Shown here one piece after another: positions 1 through 14,367 of a DNA stretch of 64,000 bases. The stretch comes from the human T2T-CHM13v2.0 reference genome, Homo sapiens. The notes beneath the pieces were generated by a model, which was not told the origin of the DNA, searched no databases, and saw only the letters and a program-made list of their open reading frames with translations. Position 1 is the first letter of the stretch; the number at the start of each line of letters is the position of its first letter. Position numbers and translations under genes: made by a program. Where the stretch lies: NCBI RefSeq assembly GCF_009914755.1, contig NC_060943.1; one strand, written 5' to 3'.

Positions 1-92
1 CTCTTTTTGTGGAATTGGCAGGGTGGAGATTTCAGCCGCTTTGAGGTCAATGGTAGAAAAAGAAATATCTTCGTATAAAAACTAGACAGAGT

Positions 93-261
93 GATTCTCA
101 GAAACTCCTTTGTGATGTCTGCGTTCAACTCACAGAGTTTAACCTTTCTTTTCATAGAGCAGTTGGGAAACACTCTGTTTGTAAAGTCTGCAAGTGGATA
201 TTCAGACCTCCTTGAGGCTTTCGTTGGAAACGGGATTTCTACATATTATGCTAGACAGAAG
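93..261 (+). repeat. Representative B-type (J2) alpha-satellite monomer, 169 bp, carrying the CENP-B box
   Basis: ATTCTCAG anchors at 94 and 263 are 169 bp apart; the monomer contains TTTCGTTGGAAACGGGA. Confidence 0.9.
219..235 (+). promoter_or_regulatory. CENP-B box (first of about 188, one per dimer)
   Basis: TTTCGTTGGAAACGGGA matches YTTCGTTGGAARCGGGA, with all 9 essential bases (TTCG....A..CGGG) intact. Confidence 0.97.
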
Positions 262-432
262 AATTCTCAGTAACTTCCTTGTGTTGTGTGTATTCAACTC
301 ACAGAGTTGAATGATCCTTTACACAGAGCAGACTTGAAACACTCTTTTTGTGGAATTTGCAAGTGGAGATTTCAGCCGCTTTGAGGTCAATGGTAGAATA
401 GGAAATATCTTCCTATAGAAACTAGACAGAAT
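262..432 (+). repeat. Representative A-type (J1) alpha-satellite monomer, 171 bp
   Basis: ATTCTCAG anchors at 263 and 434 are 171 bp apart; CAATGGTAGAATAGGAA replaces the CENP-B box at the homologous position. Confidence 0.9.
388..404 (+). promoter_or_regulatory. pJalpha-type (A-box) motif of the A monomer (representative)
   Basis: CAATGGTAGAA(T/A)AGGAA sits at the position homologous to the CENP-B box in alternate monomers. Protein binding is not shown by sequence. Confidence 0.7.
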
Positions 433-558
433 GATTCTCAGAAACTCCTTTGTGATGTGTGCGTTCAACTCACAGAGTTCAACCTTTCTTTTCATAGAGC
501 AGTTGGGAAACACTCTGTTTGTAAAGTCTGCAAGTGGATATTCAGACTTCTTTGAGGC

Positions 559-575
559 CTTCGTTGGAAGCGGGA
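559..575 (+). promoter_or_regulatory. CENP-B box, GAAGCGGGA variant
   Basis: CTTCGTTGGAAGCGGGA; essential bases intact; 340 bp after the first box. Confidence 0.97.
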
Positions 576-3500
576 TTTCTTCATATTCTGCTAGACAGAA
601 GAATTCTCAGTAACTTCCTTGTGTTGTGTGTATTCAACTCACAGAGTTGAACGATCCTTTACACAGAGCAGACTTGAAACACTCTTTTTGTGGAATTTGC
701 AAGTGGAGATTTCAGCCGCTTTGAGGTCAATGGTAGAATAGGAAATATCTTCCTATAGAAACTAGACAGAATGATTCTCAGAAACTCCTTTGTGATGTGT
801 GCGTTCAACTCACAGAGTTTAACCTTTCTTTTCATAGAGCAGTTAGGAAACACTCTGTTTGTAAAGTCTGCAAGTGGATATTCAGACCTCTTTGAGGCCT
901 TCGTTGGAAACGGGATTTCTTCATATTATGCTAGACAGAAGAATTCTCAGTAACTTCCTTGTGTTGTGTGTATTCAACTCACAGAGTTGAACGATCCTTT
1001 ACACAGAGCAGACTTGAAACACTCTTTTTGTGGAATTTGCAAGTGGAGATTTCAGCCGCTTTAAGGTCAATGGTAGAATAGGAAATATCTTCCTATAGAA
1101 ACTAGACAGAATGATTCTGAGAAACTCCTTTGTGATGTGTGCGTTCAACTCACAGAGTTTAACCTTTCTTTCATATAGCAGTTAGGAAACACTCTGTTTG
1201 TAAAGTCTGCAAGTGGATATTCAGACCTCCTTGAGGCCTTCGTTGGAAACGGGATTTCTTCATATTATGCTAGACAGAAGAATTCTCAGTAACTTCCTTG
1301 TGTTGTGTGTATTCAACTCACAGAGTTGAACGATCCTTTACACAGAGCAGACTTGAAACACTCTTTTTGTGGAATTTGCAAGTGGAGATTTCAGCCGCTT
1401 TGAGTTGAATGGTAGAATAGGAAATATCTTCCTATAGAAACTAGACAGAATGATTCTGAGAAACTCCTTTGTGATGTGTGCGTTCAACTCACAGAGTTCA
1501 ACCTTTCTTTTCATAGAGCAGTTGGGAAACACTCTGTTTGTAAATTCTGCAAATGCATATTCAGACTTCTTTGAGGCCTTCGTTGGAAGCGGGATTTCTT
1601 CATATTCTGCTAGACAGAAGAATTCTCAGAAACTTCGATGTGTTGTGTGTTTTCAAATCACAGAGTTCAACGATCCTTTACACAGAGTAGACTTGAAACA
1701 CTCTTTTTGTGGAATTGGCAGGGTGGAGATTTCAGCCGCTTTGAGGTCAATGGTAGAAAAGGAAATATCTTCGTATAAAAACTAGACAGAGTGATTCTCA
1801 GAAACTCCTTTGTGATGTCTGCGTTCAACTCACAGAGTTTAACCTTTCTTTTCATAGAGCAGTTAGGAAACACTCTGTTTGTAAAGTCTGCAAGTGGATA
1901 TTCAGACCTCCTTGAGGCTTTCGTTGGAAACGGGATTTCTACATATTCTGCTAGAAAGAAGAATTCTCAGTAACTTCCTTGTGTTGTGTGTATTCAACTC
2001 ACAGACTTGAATGATCCTTTACACAGAGCAGACTTGAAACACTCTTTTTGTGGAATTTGCAAGTGGAGATTTCAGCCGCTTTGTGGTCAATGGTAGAATA
2101 GGAAATATCTTCCTATAGAAACTAGACAGAATGATTCTCAGAAACTCCTTTGTGATGTGTGCGTTCAACTCACAGAGTTCAACCTTTCTTTTCATAGAGC
2201 AGTTGGGAAACACTCTGTTTGTAAAGTCTGCAAGTGGATATTCAGACTTCTTTGAGGCCTTCGTTGGAAGCGGGATTTCTTCATATTCTGCTAGACAGAA
2301 GAATTCTCAGTAACTTCCTTGTGTTGTGTGTATTCAACTCACAGAGTTGAACGATCCTTTACACAGAGCAGACTTGAAACACTCTTTTTGTGGAATTTGC
2401 AAGTGGAGATTTCAGCCGCTTTGAGGTCAATGGTAGAATAGGAAATATCTTCCTATAGAAACTAGACAGAATGATTCTCAGAAACTCCTTTGTGATGTGT
2501 GCGTTCAACTCACAGAGTTTAACCTTTCTTTTCATAGAGCAGTTAGGAAACACTCTGTTTGTAAAGTCTGCAAGTGGATATTCAGACATCTTTGAGGCTT
2601 TCGTTGGAAACGGGATTTCTTCATATTCTGCTAGAAAGAAGAATTCTCAGTAACTTCCTTGTGTTGTGTGTATTCAACTCACAGACTTGAATGATCCTTT
2701 ACACAGAACAGTCTTGAAAGACTCTTTTTGTGGAATTTGCAAGTGGAGATTTCAGCCGCTTTGAGGTCAATGGTAGAATAGGAAATATCTTCCTATAGAA
2801 ACTAGACAGAATGATTCTCAGAAACTCCTTTGTGATGTGGGCGTTCAACTCACAGAGTTTAACCTTTCTTTTCATAGAGCAGTTAGGAAACACTCTGTTT
2901 GTAAAGTCTGCAAGTGGATATTCAGACATCTTTGAGGCTTTCGTTGGAAACGGGATTTCTTCATATTCTGATATACAGAAGAATTCTCAGTAACTTCCTT
3001 GTGTTGTGTGTATTCAACTCAAAGAGATGAACGATCCTTTACACAGAGCAGACTTGAAACACTGTTTTTGTGGAATTTGCAAGTGGAGATTTCAGCCTCT
3101 TTGAGGTCAATGGTAGAATAGGAAATATCTTCCTATGGAAAATAGACAGAATGATTCTGAGAAACTCCTTTGTGATGTGTGCGTACAACTCACAGAGTTT
3201 AAACTTTCTTTTCATAGAGCAGTTAGGAAACACTCTGTTTGTAAAGTCTGCAAGTGGATATTCAGACCTCCTTGAGGCCTTCGTTGGAAACGGCTTTTCT
3301 TCCTATTATGCTAGACAGAAGAATTCTCAGTAACTTCCTTGTGTTGTGTGTATTCAACTCACAGAGTTGAATGATCCTTTACACAGAGCAGACTTGAAAC
3401 ACTCTTTTTGTGGAATTTGCAAGTGGAGATTTCAGCCGCTTTGAGTTCAATGGTAGAATAGGAAATATCTTCCTATAGAAACTAGACAGAATGATTCTCA

Positions 3501-5529
3501 GAAACTCCTTTGTGATGTGTGCGTTCAACTCACAGAGTTCAACCTTTCTTTTCATAGAGCAGTTGGGAAACACTCTGTTTGTAAAGTCTGCAAGTGGATA
3601 TTCAGACTTCTTTGAGGCCTTCGTTGGAAGCGGGATTTCTTCATATTCTGCTAGACAGAAGAATTCTCAGTAACTTCCTTGTGTTGTGTGTATTCAACTC
3701 ACAGAGTTGAACGATCCTTTACACAGAGCAGACTTGAAACACTCTTTTTGTGTAATTTGCCAGTGGAGATTTCAGCCGCTTTGAGGTCAATGGTAGAATA
3801 GGAAATATCTTCCTATAGAAACTAGACAGAATGATTCTCAGAAACTCCTTTGTGATGTGTGCGTTCAACTCACAGAGTTTAACCTTTCTTTTCATAGAGC
3901 AGTTAGGAAACACTCTGTTTGTAATGTCTGCAAGTGGATATTCAGACATCCTTGAGGCTTTCGTTGGAAACGGGATTTCTTCATATTCTGCTAGAAAGAA
4001 GAATTCTCAGAAACTTCCTTGTGTTGTGTGTATTTAACTCACAGACTTGAATGATCCTTTACACAGAACAGACTTGAGACACTCTTTTTGAGGAATTTGC
4101 AAGTGGAGATTTCAGCCGCTTTGAGGTCAATGGGAGAAAAGGAAATATCTTCATATAAAAAATTGACAGAATGATTCTCAGAAACTCCTTTGTGATGTGT
4201 GCGTTCAACTCACAGAGTTTAACCTTTCTTTTCATAGAGCAGTTAGGAAACACTCTGTTTGTAAAGTCTGCAAGTGGATATTCAGACCTCTTTGAGGCCT
4301 TCGTTGGAAACGGGATTTCTTCATATTATGCTAGACAGAAGAATTCTCAGTAACTTCCTTGTGTTGTGTGTATTCAACTCACAGAGTTGAACGATCCTTT
4401 ACACAGAGCAGACTTGAAACACTCTTTTTGTGGAATTTGCAAGTGGAGATTTCAGCCGCTTTGAGGTCAATGGTAGAAAAGGAAATATCTTCGTATAAAA
4501 ACTAGACAGAAAGATTCTCAGAAACTCCTTTGTGATGTGTGCATTCAACTCACAGTTTAACCTTTCTTTTCATAGAGCAGTTAGGAAACACTCTGTTTGT
4601 AAAGTCTGCAAGTGGATATTCAGACCTCCTTGAGGCCTTCGTTGGAAACGGGATTTCTTCATATTATGCTAGACAGAAGAATTCTCAGTAACTTCCTTGT
4701 GTTGTGTGTATTCAACTCACAGAGTTGAACGATCCTTTACACAGAGCAGACTTGAAACACTCTTTTTGTGGAATTTGCAAGTGGAGATTTCAGCCGCTTT
4801 GAGGTCAATGGTAGAATAGGAAATATCTTCCTATAGAAACTAGACAGAATGATTCTGAGAAACTCCTTTGTGATGTGTGCGTTCAACACACAGAGTTTAA
4901 CCTTTCTTTTCATAGAGCAGTTAGGAAACACTCTGTTTGTAAAGTCTGCAAGTGGATATTCAGACCTCCTTGAGGCCTTCGTTGGAAACGGGATTTCTTC
5001 ATATTCTGCTAGACAGAAGAATTCTCAGTAACTTCCTTGTGTTTTGTGTATTCAACTCACAGAGTTGAATGATCCTTTACACAGAACAGACTTGAAACAC
5101 TCTTGTTGTGGAATTTTCAAGTGGAGATTTCAGCCGCTTTGAGGTCAACGGTAGAATAGGAAATATCTTCCTATAGAAACTAGACAGAATGATTCTCAGA
5201 AACTCCTTTGTGATGTGTGCGTTCAACTCACAGAGTTCAACCTTTCTTTTCATAGAGCAGTTGGGAAACACTCTGTTTGTAAATTCTGCAAATGCATATT
5301 CAGACTTCTTTGAGGCCTTCGTTGGAAGCGGGATTTCTTCATATTCTGCTAGACAGAAGAATTCTCAGAAACTTCGATGTGTTGTGTGTTTTCAAATCAC
5401 AGAGTTCAACGATCCTTTACACAGAGTAGACTTGAAACACTCTTTTTGTGGAATTGGCAGGGTGGAGATTTCAGCCGCTTTGAGGTCAATGGTAGAAAAG
5501 GAAATATCTTCGTATAAAAACTAGACAGA

Positions 5530-8500
5530 GTGATTCTCAGAAACTCCTTTGTGATGTCTGCGTTCAACTCACAGAGTTTAACCTTTCTTTTCATAGAGCA
5601 GTTAGGAAACACTCTGTTTGTAAAGTCTGCAAGTGGATATTCAGACCTCCTTGAGGCTTTCGTTGGAAACGGGATTTCTACATATTATGCTAGACAGAAG
5701 AATTCTCAGTAACTTCCTTGTGTTGTGTGTATTCAACTCACAGAGTTGAATGATCCTTTACACAGAGCAGACTTGAAACACTCTTTTTGTGGAATTTGCA
5801 AGTGGAGATTTCAGCCGCTTTGAGGTCAATGGTAGAATAGGAAATATCTTCCTATAGAAACTAGACAGAATGATTCTCAGAAACTCCTTTGTGATGTGTG
5901 CGTTCAACTCACAGAGTTCAACCTTTCTTTTCATAGAGCAGTTGGGAAACACTCTGTTTGTAAAGTCTGCAAGTGGATATTCAGACTTCTTTGAGGCCTT
6001 CGTTGGAAGCGGGATTTCTTCATATTCTGCTAGACAGAAGAATTCTCAGTAACTTCCTTGTGTTGTGTGTATTCAACTCACAGAGTTGAACGATCCTTTA
6101 CACAGAGCAGACTTGAAACACTCTTTTTGTGGAATTTGCAAGTGGAGATTTCAGCCGCTTTGAGGTCAATGGTAGAATAGGAAATATCTTCCTATAGAAA
6201 CTAGACAGAATGATTCTCAGAAACTCCTTTGTGATGTGTGCGTTCAACTCACAGAGTTTAACCTTTCTTTTCATAGAGCAGTTAGGAAACACTCTGTTTG
6301 TAAAGTCTGCAAGTGGATATTCAGACATCTTTGAGGCTTTCGTTGGAAACGGGATTTCTTCATATTCTGCTAGAAAGAAGAATTCTCAGTAACTTCCTTG
6401 TGTTGTGTGTATTCAACTCACAGACTTGAATGATCCTTTACACAGAACAGTCTTGAAAGACTCTTTTTGTGGAATTTGCAAGTGGAGATTTCAGCCGCTT
6501 TGAGGTCAATGGTAGAATAGGAAATATCTTCCAATAGAAACTAGACAGAATGATTCTCAGAAACTCCTTTGTGATGTGGGCGTTCAACTCACAGAGTTTA
6601 ACCTTTCTTTTCATAGAGCAGTTAGGAAACACTCTGTTTGTAAAGTCTGCAAGTGGATATTCAGACATCTTTGAGGCTTTCGTTGGAAACGGGATTTCTT
6701 CATATTCTGATATACAGAAGAATTCTCAGAAACTTCCTTGTGTTGTGTGTATTCAACTCACAGAGTTGAACGATCGTTTACACAGAGCAGACTTGAGACA
6801 CACTTTTTGTGGAATTTGTAAGTGGAGATTTCAGCCGCTTTGAGGTCAATGGTAGAAAAGGAAATATCTTCATATAAAAACTAGACAGAATGATTCTCAG
6901 AAACTCCTTTGTGATGTGTGCGTTCAACTCACAGAGTTTAACCTTTCTTTTCATAGAGCAGTTAGGAAACACTCTGTTTGTAAAGTCTGCAAGTGGATAT
7001 TCAGACCTCTTTGAGACCTTCGTTGGAAACGGGATTTCTTCATATTATGCTAGACAGAAGAATTCTCAGTAACTTCCTTGTGTTGTGTGTATTCAACTCA
7101 CAGAATTGAACGATCCTTTACACAGAGCAGACTTGAAACACTCTTTTTGTGGAATTTGCATGTGGAGATTTCAGCCGCTTTGAGGTCAATGGTAGAAAAG
7201 GAAATATCTTCCTATAGAAACTAGACAGAATGATTCTCAGAAACTCCTTTGTGATGTGTGCGTTCAACTCACAGAGTTCAACCTTTCTTTTCATAGAGCA
7301 GTTGGGAAACACTCTGTTTGTAAAGTCTGCAAGTGGATATTCAGACTTCTTTGAGGCCTTCGTTGGAAGCGGGATTTCTTCATATTCTGCTAGACAGAAG
7401 AATTCTCAGTAACTTCCTTGTGTTGTGTGTATTCAACTCACAGAGTTGAATGATCCTTTACACAGAACAGACTTGAAACACTCTTGTTGTGGAATTTTAA
7501 AGTGGAGATTTCAGCCGCTTTGAGGTCAACGGTAGAATAGGTAATATCTTCCTATAGAAACTAGACAGAATGATTCTCAGAAACTCCTTTGTGATGTGTG
7601 CGTTCAACTCACAGAGTTTAACCTTTCTTTTCATAGAGCAGTTAGGAAACACTCTGTTTGTAAAGTCTACAAGTGGATATTCAGACCTCCTTGAGGCCTT
7701 CGTTGGAAACGGGATTTCTTCATATTATGCTAGACAGAAGAATTCTCAGTAACTTCCTTGTGTTGTGGGTATTCAACTCACAGAGTTGAACGATCCTTTA
7801 CACAGAGCAGACTTGAAACACTCTTTTTGTGGAATTTGCAAGTGGAGATTTCTGCCGCTTTGAGGTCAATGGTAGAATAGGAAATATCTTCCTATAGAAA
7901 CTAGACAGAATGATTCTCAGAAACTCCTTTGTGATGTGTGCGTTCAACTCACAGAGTTTAACCTTACTTTTCATAGAGCAGTTAGGAAACACTCTGTTTG
8001 TAAAGTCTGCAAGTGGATATTCAGACCTCTTTGAGGCCTTCGTTGGAAACGGGATTTCTTCATATTATGCTAGACAGAAGGATTCTCAGTAACTTCCTTG
8101 TGTTGTGTGTATTCAACTCACAGAGTTGAACGATCCTTTACACAGAGCAGACTTGAAACACTCTTTTTGTGGAATTTGCAAGTGGAGATTTCAGCCGCTT
8201 TGAGGTCAATGGTAGAAAAGGAGATATCTTCGTATAAAAACTAGACAGAATGATTCTGAGAAACTCCTTTGTGATGTGTGCGTTCAACACACAGAGTTTA
8301 ACCTTTCTTTTCATAGAGCAGTTAGGAAACACTCTGTTTGTAAAGTCTGCAAGTGGATATTCAGACCTCCTTGAGGCCTTCGTTGGAAACGGGATTTCTT
8401 CATATTCTGCTAGACAGAAGAATTCTCAGTAACTTCCTTGTGTTTTGTGTATTCAACTCACAGAGTTGAATGATCCTTTACACAGAACAGACTTGAAACA

Positions 8501-11500
8501 CTCTTGTTGTGGAATTTTCAAGTGGAGATTTCAGCCGCTTTGAGGTCAACGGTAGAATAGGAAATATCTTCCTATAGAAACTAGACAGAATGATTCTCAG
8601 AAACTCCTTTGTGATGTGTGCGTTCAACTCACAGAGTTTAACCTTTCTTTTCATAGAGCAGTTAGGAAACACTCTGTTTGTAAAGTCTGCAAGTGGATAT
8701 TCAGACCTCCTTGAGGCCTTCGTTGGAAACGGGATTTCTTTATATTATGCTAGACAGAAGAATTCTCAGTAACTTCCTTGTGTTGTGTGTATTCAACTCA
8801 CAGAGTTGAACGATCCTTTACACAGAGCAGACTTGAAACACTCTTTTTGTGGAATTTGCAAGTGGAGATTTCAGCCGCTTTGAGGTCAATGGTAGAATAG
8901 GAAATATCTTCCTATAGAAACTAGACAGAATGATTCTCAGAAACTCCTTTGTGATGTGTGCGTTCAACTCACAGAGTTTAACCTTTCTTTTCATAGAGCA
9001 GTTAGGAAACACTCTGTTTGTAAAGTCTGCAAGTGGATATTCAGACCTCTTTGAGGCCTTCGTTGGAAACGGGATTTCTTCATATTATGCTAGACAGAAG
9101 AATTCTTAGTAACTTCCTTGTGTTGTGTGTATTCAACTCACAGAGTTGAACGATCCTTTACACAGAGCAGACTTGAAACACTCTTTTTGTGGAATTTGCA
9201 AGTGGAGATTTCAGCCGCTTTAAGGTCAATGGTAGAATAGGAAATATCTTCCTATGGAAACTAGACAGAATGATTCTGAGAAACTCCTTTGTGATGTGTG
9301 CGTTCAACTCACAGAGTTTAACCTTTCTTTCATATAGCAGTTAGGAAACACTCTGTTTGTAAAGTCTGCAAGTGGATATTCAGACCTCCTTGAGGCCTTC
9401 GTTGGAAACGGGATTTCTTCATATTATGCTAGACAGAAGAATTCTCAGTAACTTCCTTGTGTTGTGTGTATTCAACTCACAGAGTTGAACGATCCTTTAC
9501 ACAGAGCAGACTTGAAACACTCTTTTTGTGGAATTTGCAAGTGGAGATTTCAGCCGCTTTGGGTTGAATGGTAGAATAGGAAATATCTTCCTATAGAAAC
9601 TAGACAGAATGATTCTCAGAAACTCCTTTGTGATGTGTGCGTTCAACTCACAGAGTTCAACCTTTCTTTTCATAGAGCAGTTGGGAAACACTCTGTTTGT
9701 AAATTCTGCAAATGCATATTCAGACTTCTTTGAGGCCTTCGTTGGAAGCGGGATTTCTTCATATTCTGCTAGACAGAAGAATTCTCAGAAACTTCGATGT
9801 GTTGTGTGTTTTCAAATCACAGAGTTCAGCGATCCTTTACACAGAGTAGACTTGAAACACTCTTTTTATGGAATTGGCAGGGTGGAGATTTCAGCCGCTT
9901 TGAGGTCAATGGTAGAAAAGGAAATATCTTCGTATAAAAACTAGACAGAGTGATTCTCAGAAACTCCTTTGTGATGTCTGCGTTCAACTCACAGAGTTTA
10001 ACCTTTCTTTTCATAGAGCAGTTAGGAAACACTCTGTTTGTAAAGTCTGCAAGTGGATATTCAGACCTCCTTGAGGCTTTCGTTGGAAACGGGATTTCTA
10101 CATATTATGCTAGACAGAAGAATTCTCAGTAACTTCCTTGTGTTGTGTGTATTCAACTCACAGAGTTGAATGATCCTTTACACAGAGCAGACTTGAAACA
10201 CTCTTTTTGTGGAATTTGCAAGTGGAGATTTCAGCCGCTTTGAGGTCAATGGTAGAATAGGAAATATCTTCCTATAGAAACTAGACAGAATGATTCTCAG
10301 AAACTCCTTTGTGATGTGTGCGTTCAACTCACAGAGTTCAACCTTTCTTTTCATAGAGCAGTTGGGAAACACTCTGTTTGTAAAGTCTGCAAGTGGATAT
10401 TCAGACTTCTTTGAGGCCTTCGTTGGAAGCGGGATTTCTTCATATTCTGCTAGACAGAAAAATTCTCAGTAACTTCCTTGTGTTGTGTGTATTCAACTCA
10501 CAGAGTTGAACGATCCTTTACACAGAGCAGACTTGAAACACTCTTTTTGTGGAATTTGCAAGTGGAGATTTCAGCCGCTTTGAGGTCAATGGTAGAATAG
10601 GAAATATCTTCCTATAGAAACTAGACAGAATGATTCTCAGAAACTCCTTTGTGATGTGTGCGTTCAACTCACAGAGTTTAACCTTTCTTTTCATAGAGCA
10701 GTTAGGAAACACTCTGTTTGTAAAGTCTGCAAGTGGATATTCAGACATCTTTGAGACTTTCGTTGGAAACGGGATTTCTTCATATTCTGCTAGAAAGAAG
10801 AATTCTCAGTAACTTCCTTGTGTTGTGTGTATTCAACTCACAGACTTGAATGATCCTTTACACAGAACAGTCTTGAAAGACTCTTTTTGTGGAATTTGCA
10901 AGTGGAGATTTCAGCCGCTTTGAGGTCAATGGTAGAATAGGAAATATCTTCCTATAGAAACTAGACAGAATGATTCTCAGAAACTCCTTTGTGATGTGGG
11001 CGTTCAACTCACAGAGTTTAACCTTTCTTTTCATAGAGCAGTTAGGAAACACTCTGTTTGTAAAGTCTGCAAGTGGATATTCAGTCATCTTTGAGGCTTT
11101 CGTTGGAAACGGGATTTCTTCATATTCTGATATACAGAAGAATTCTCAGAAACTTCCTTGTGTTGTGTGTATTCAACTCACAGAGTTGAACGATCGTTTA
11201 CACAGAGCAGACTTGAGACACTCTTTTTGTGGAATTTGTAAGTGGAGATTTCAGCCGCTTTGAGGTCAATGGTAGAAAAGGAAATATCTTCATATAAAAA
11301 CTAGACAGAATGATTCTCAGAAACTCCTTTGTGATGTGTGCGTTCAACTCACAGAGTTTAACCTTTCTTTTCATAGAGCAGTTAGGAAACACTCTGTTTG
11401 TAAAGTCTGCAAGTGGATATTCAGACCTCTTTGAGACCTTCGTTGGAAACGGGATTTCCTCATATTATGCTAGACAGAAGAATTCTCAGTAACTTCCTTG

Positions 11501-14367
11501 TGTTGTGTGTATTCAACTCACAGAGTTGAACGATCCTTTACACAGAGAAGACTTGAAACACTCTTTTTGTGGAATTTGCAAGTGGAGATTTCAGCCGCTT
11601 TGAGGTCAATGGTAGAAAAGGAAATATCTTCCTATAGAAACTAGACAGAATGATTCTCAGAAACTCCTTTGTGATGTGTGCGTTCAACTCACAGAGTTCA
11701 ACCTTTCTTTTCATAGAGCAGTTGGGAAACACTCTGTTTGTAAAGTCTGCAAGTGGATATTCAGACTTCTTTGAGGCCTTCGTTGGAAGCGGGATTTCTT
11801 CATATTCTGCTAGACAGAAGAATTCTCAGTAACTTCCTTGTGTTGTGTGTATTCAACTCACAGAGTTGAATGATCCTTTACACAGAACAGACTTGAAACA
11901 CTCTTCTTGTGGAATTTTAAAGTGGAGATTTCAGCCGCTTTGAGGTCAACGGTAGAATAGGTAATATCTTCCTATAGAAACTAGACAGAATGATTCTCAG
12001 AAACTCCTTTGTGATGTGTGCGTTCAACTCACAGAGTTTAACCTTTCTTTTCATAGAGTAGTTAGGAAACACTCTGTTTGTAAAGTCTGCAAGTGGATAT
12101 TCAGACCTCCTTGAGGCCTTCGTTGGAAACGGGATTTCTTCATATTATGCTAGACAGAAGAATTCTCAGTAACTTCCTTGTGTTGTGTGTATTCAACTCA
12201 CAGAGTTGAACGATCCTTTACACAGAGCAGACTTGAAACACTCTTTTTGTGGAATTTGCAAGTGGAGATTTCTGCCGCTTTGAGGTCAATGGTAGAATAG
12301 GAAATATCTTCCTATAGAAACTAGACAGAAGGATTCTCAGAAACTCCTTTGTGATGTGTGCGTTCAACTCACAGAGTTTAACCTTTCTTTTCATAGAGCA
12401 GTTAGGAAACACTCTGTTTGTAAAGTCTGCAAGTGGATATTCAGACCTCTTTGAGGCCTTCGTTGGAAACGGGATTTCTTCATATTATGCTAGACAGAAG
12501 AATTCTCAGTAACTTCCTTGTGTTGTGTGTATTCAACTCACAGAGTTGAACGATCCTTTACACAGAGCAGACTTGAAACACTCTTTTTGTGGAATTTGCA
12601 AGTGGAGATTTCAGCCGCTTTGAGGTCAATGGTAGAAAAGGAGATATCTTCGTATAAAAACTAGACAGAATGATTCTGAGAAACTCCTTTGTGATGTGTG
12701 CGTTCAACACACAGAGTTTAACCTTTCTTTTCATAGAGCAGTTAGGAAACACTCTGTTTGTAAAGTCTGCAAGTGGATATTCAGACCTCCTTGAGGCCTT
12801 CGTTGGAAACGGGATTTCTTCATATTCTGCTAGACAGAAGAATTCTCAGTAACTTCCTTGTGTTTTGGGTATTCAACTCACAGAGTTGAATGATCCTTTA
12901 CACAGAACAGACTTGAAACACTCTTGTTGTGGAATTTTCAAGTGGAGATTTCAGCCGCTTTGAGGTCAACGGTAGAATAGGAAATATCTTCCTATAGAAA
13001 CTAGACAGAATGATTCTCAGAAACTCCTTTGTGATGTGTGCGTTCAACTCACAGAGTTTAACCTTTCTTTTCATAGAGCAGTTAGGAAACACTCTGTTTG
13101 TAAATTCTGCAAGTGGATATTCAGACCTCCTTGAGGCCTTCGTTGGAAACGGGATTTCTTCATATTATGCTAGACAGAAGAATTCTCAGTAACTTCCTTG
13201 TGTTGTGTGTATTCAACTCACAGAGTTGAACGATCCTTTACACAGAGCAGACTTGAAACACTCTTTTTGTGGAATTTGCAAGTAGAGATTTCAGCCGCTT
13301 TGAGGTCAATGGTAGAATAGGAAATATCTTCCTATAGAAACTAGACAGAATGATTCTCAGAAACTCCTTTGTGATGTGTGCGTTCAACTCACAGAGTTTA
13401 ACCTTTCTTTTCATAGAGCAGTTAGGAAACACTCTGTTTGTAAAGTCTGCAAGTGGATATTCAGACCTCTTTGAGGCCTTCGTTGGAAACGGGATTTCTT
13501 CATATTATGCTAGACAGAAGAATTCTCAGTAACTTCCTTGTGTTGTGTGTATTCAACTCACAGAGTTGAACGATCCTTTACACAGAGCAGACTTGAAACA
13601 CTCTTTTTGTGGAATTTGCAAGTGGAGATTTCAGCCGCTTTAAGGTCAATGGTAGAATAGGAAATATCTTCCTATAGAAACTAGACAGAATGATTCTGAG
13701 AAACCCCTTTGTGATGTGTGCGTTCAACTCACAGAGTTTAACCTTTCTTTCATATAGCAGTTAGGAAACACTCTGTTTGTAAAGTCTGCAAGTGGATATT
13801 CAGACCTCCTTGAGGCCTTCGTTGGAAACGGGATTTCTTCATATTATGCTAGACAGAAGAATTCTCAGTAACTTCCTTGTGTTGTGTGTATTCAACTCAC
13901 AGAGTTGAACGATCCTTTACACAGAGCAGACTTGAAACACTCTTTTTGTGGAATTTGCAAGTGGAGATTTCAGCCGCTTTGAGTTGAATGGTAGAATAGG
14001 AAATATCTTCCTATAGAAACTAGACAGAATGATTCTCAGAAACTCCTTTGTGATGTGTGCGTTCAACTCACAGAGTTCAACCTTTCTTTTCATAGAGCAG
14101 TTGGGAAACACTCTGTTTGTAAATTCTGCAAATGCATATTCAGACTTCTTTGAGGCCTTCGTTGGAAGCGGGATTTCTTCATATTCTGCTAGACAGAAGA
14201 ATTCTCAGAAACTTCGATGTGTTGTGTTTTCAAATCACAGAGTTCAACGATCCTTTACACAGAGTAGACTTGAAACACTGTTTTTGTGGAATTGGCAGGG
14301 TGGAGATTTCAGCCGCTTTGAGGTCAATGGTAGAAAAGGAAATATCTTCGTATAAAAACTAGACAGA
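5530..14367 (+). repeat. Two tandem copies of a 13-dimer (26-monomer, 4,420-bp) super-repeat
   Basis: The same ordered series of variant dimers recurs at +4420 (5530/9950, 6550/10970, 6890/11310, 8250/12670, 9609/14029). The second copy is 4,418 bp because of a 2-bp deletion near 14225. Confidence 0.9.

Noticed and set aside
1450-1785. Longer 111-aa read-through ORF recurring in variant dimers
   Set aside because: It arises from a TAA-to-AAA change plus the +1 insertion in one dimer type. Its recurrence reflects array duplication, not coding constraint.
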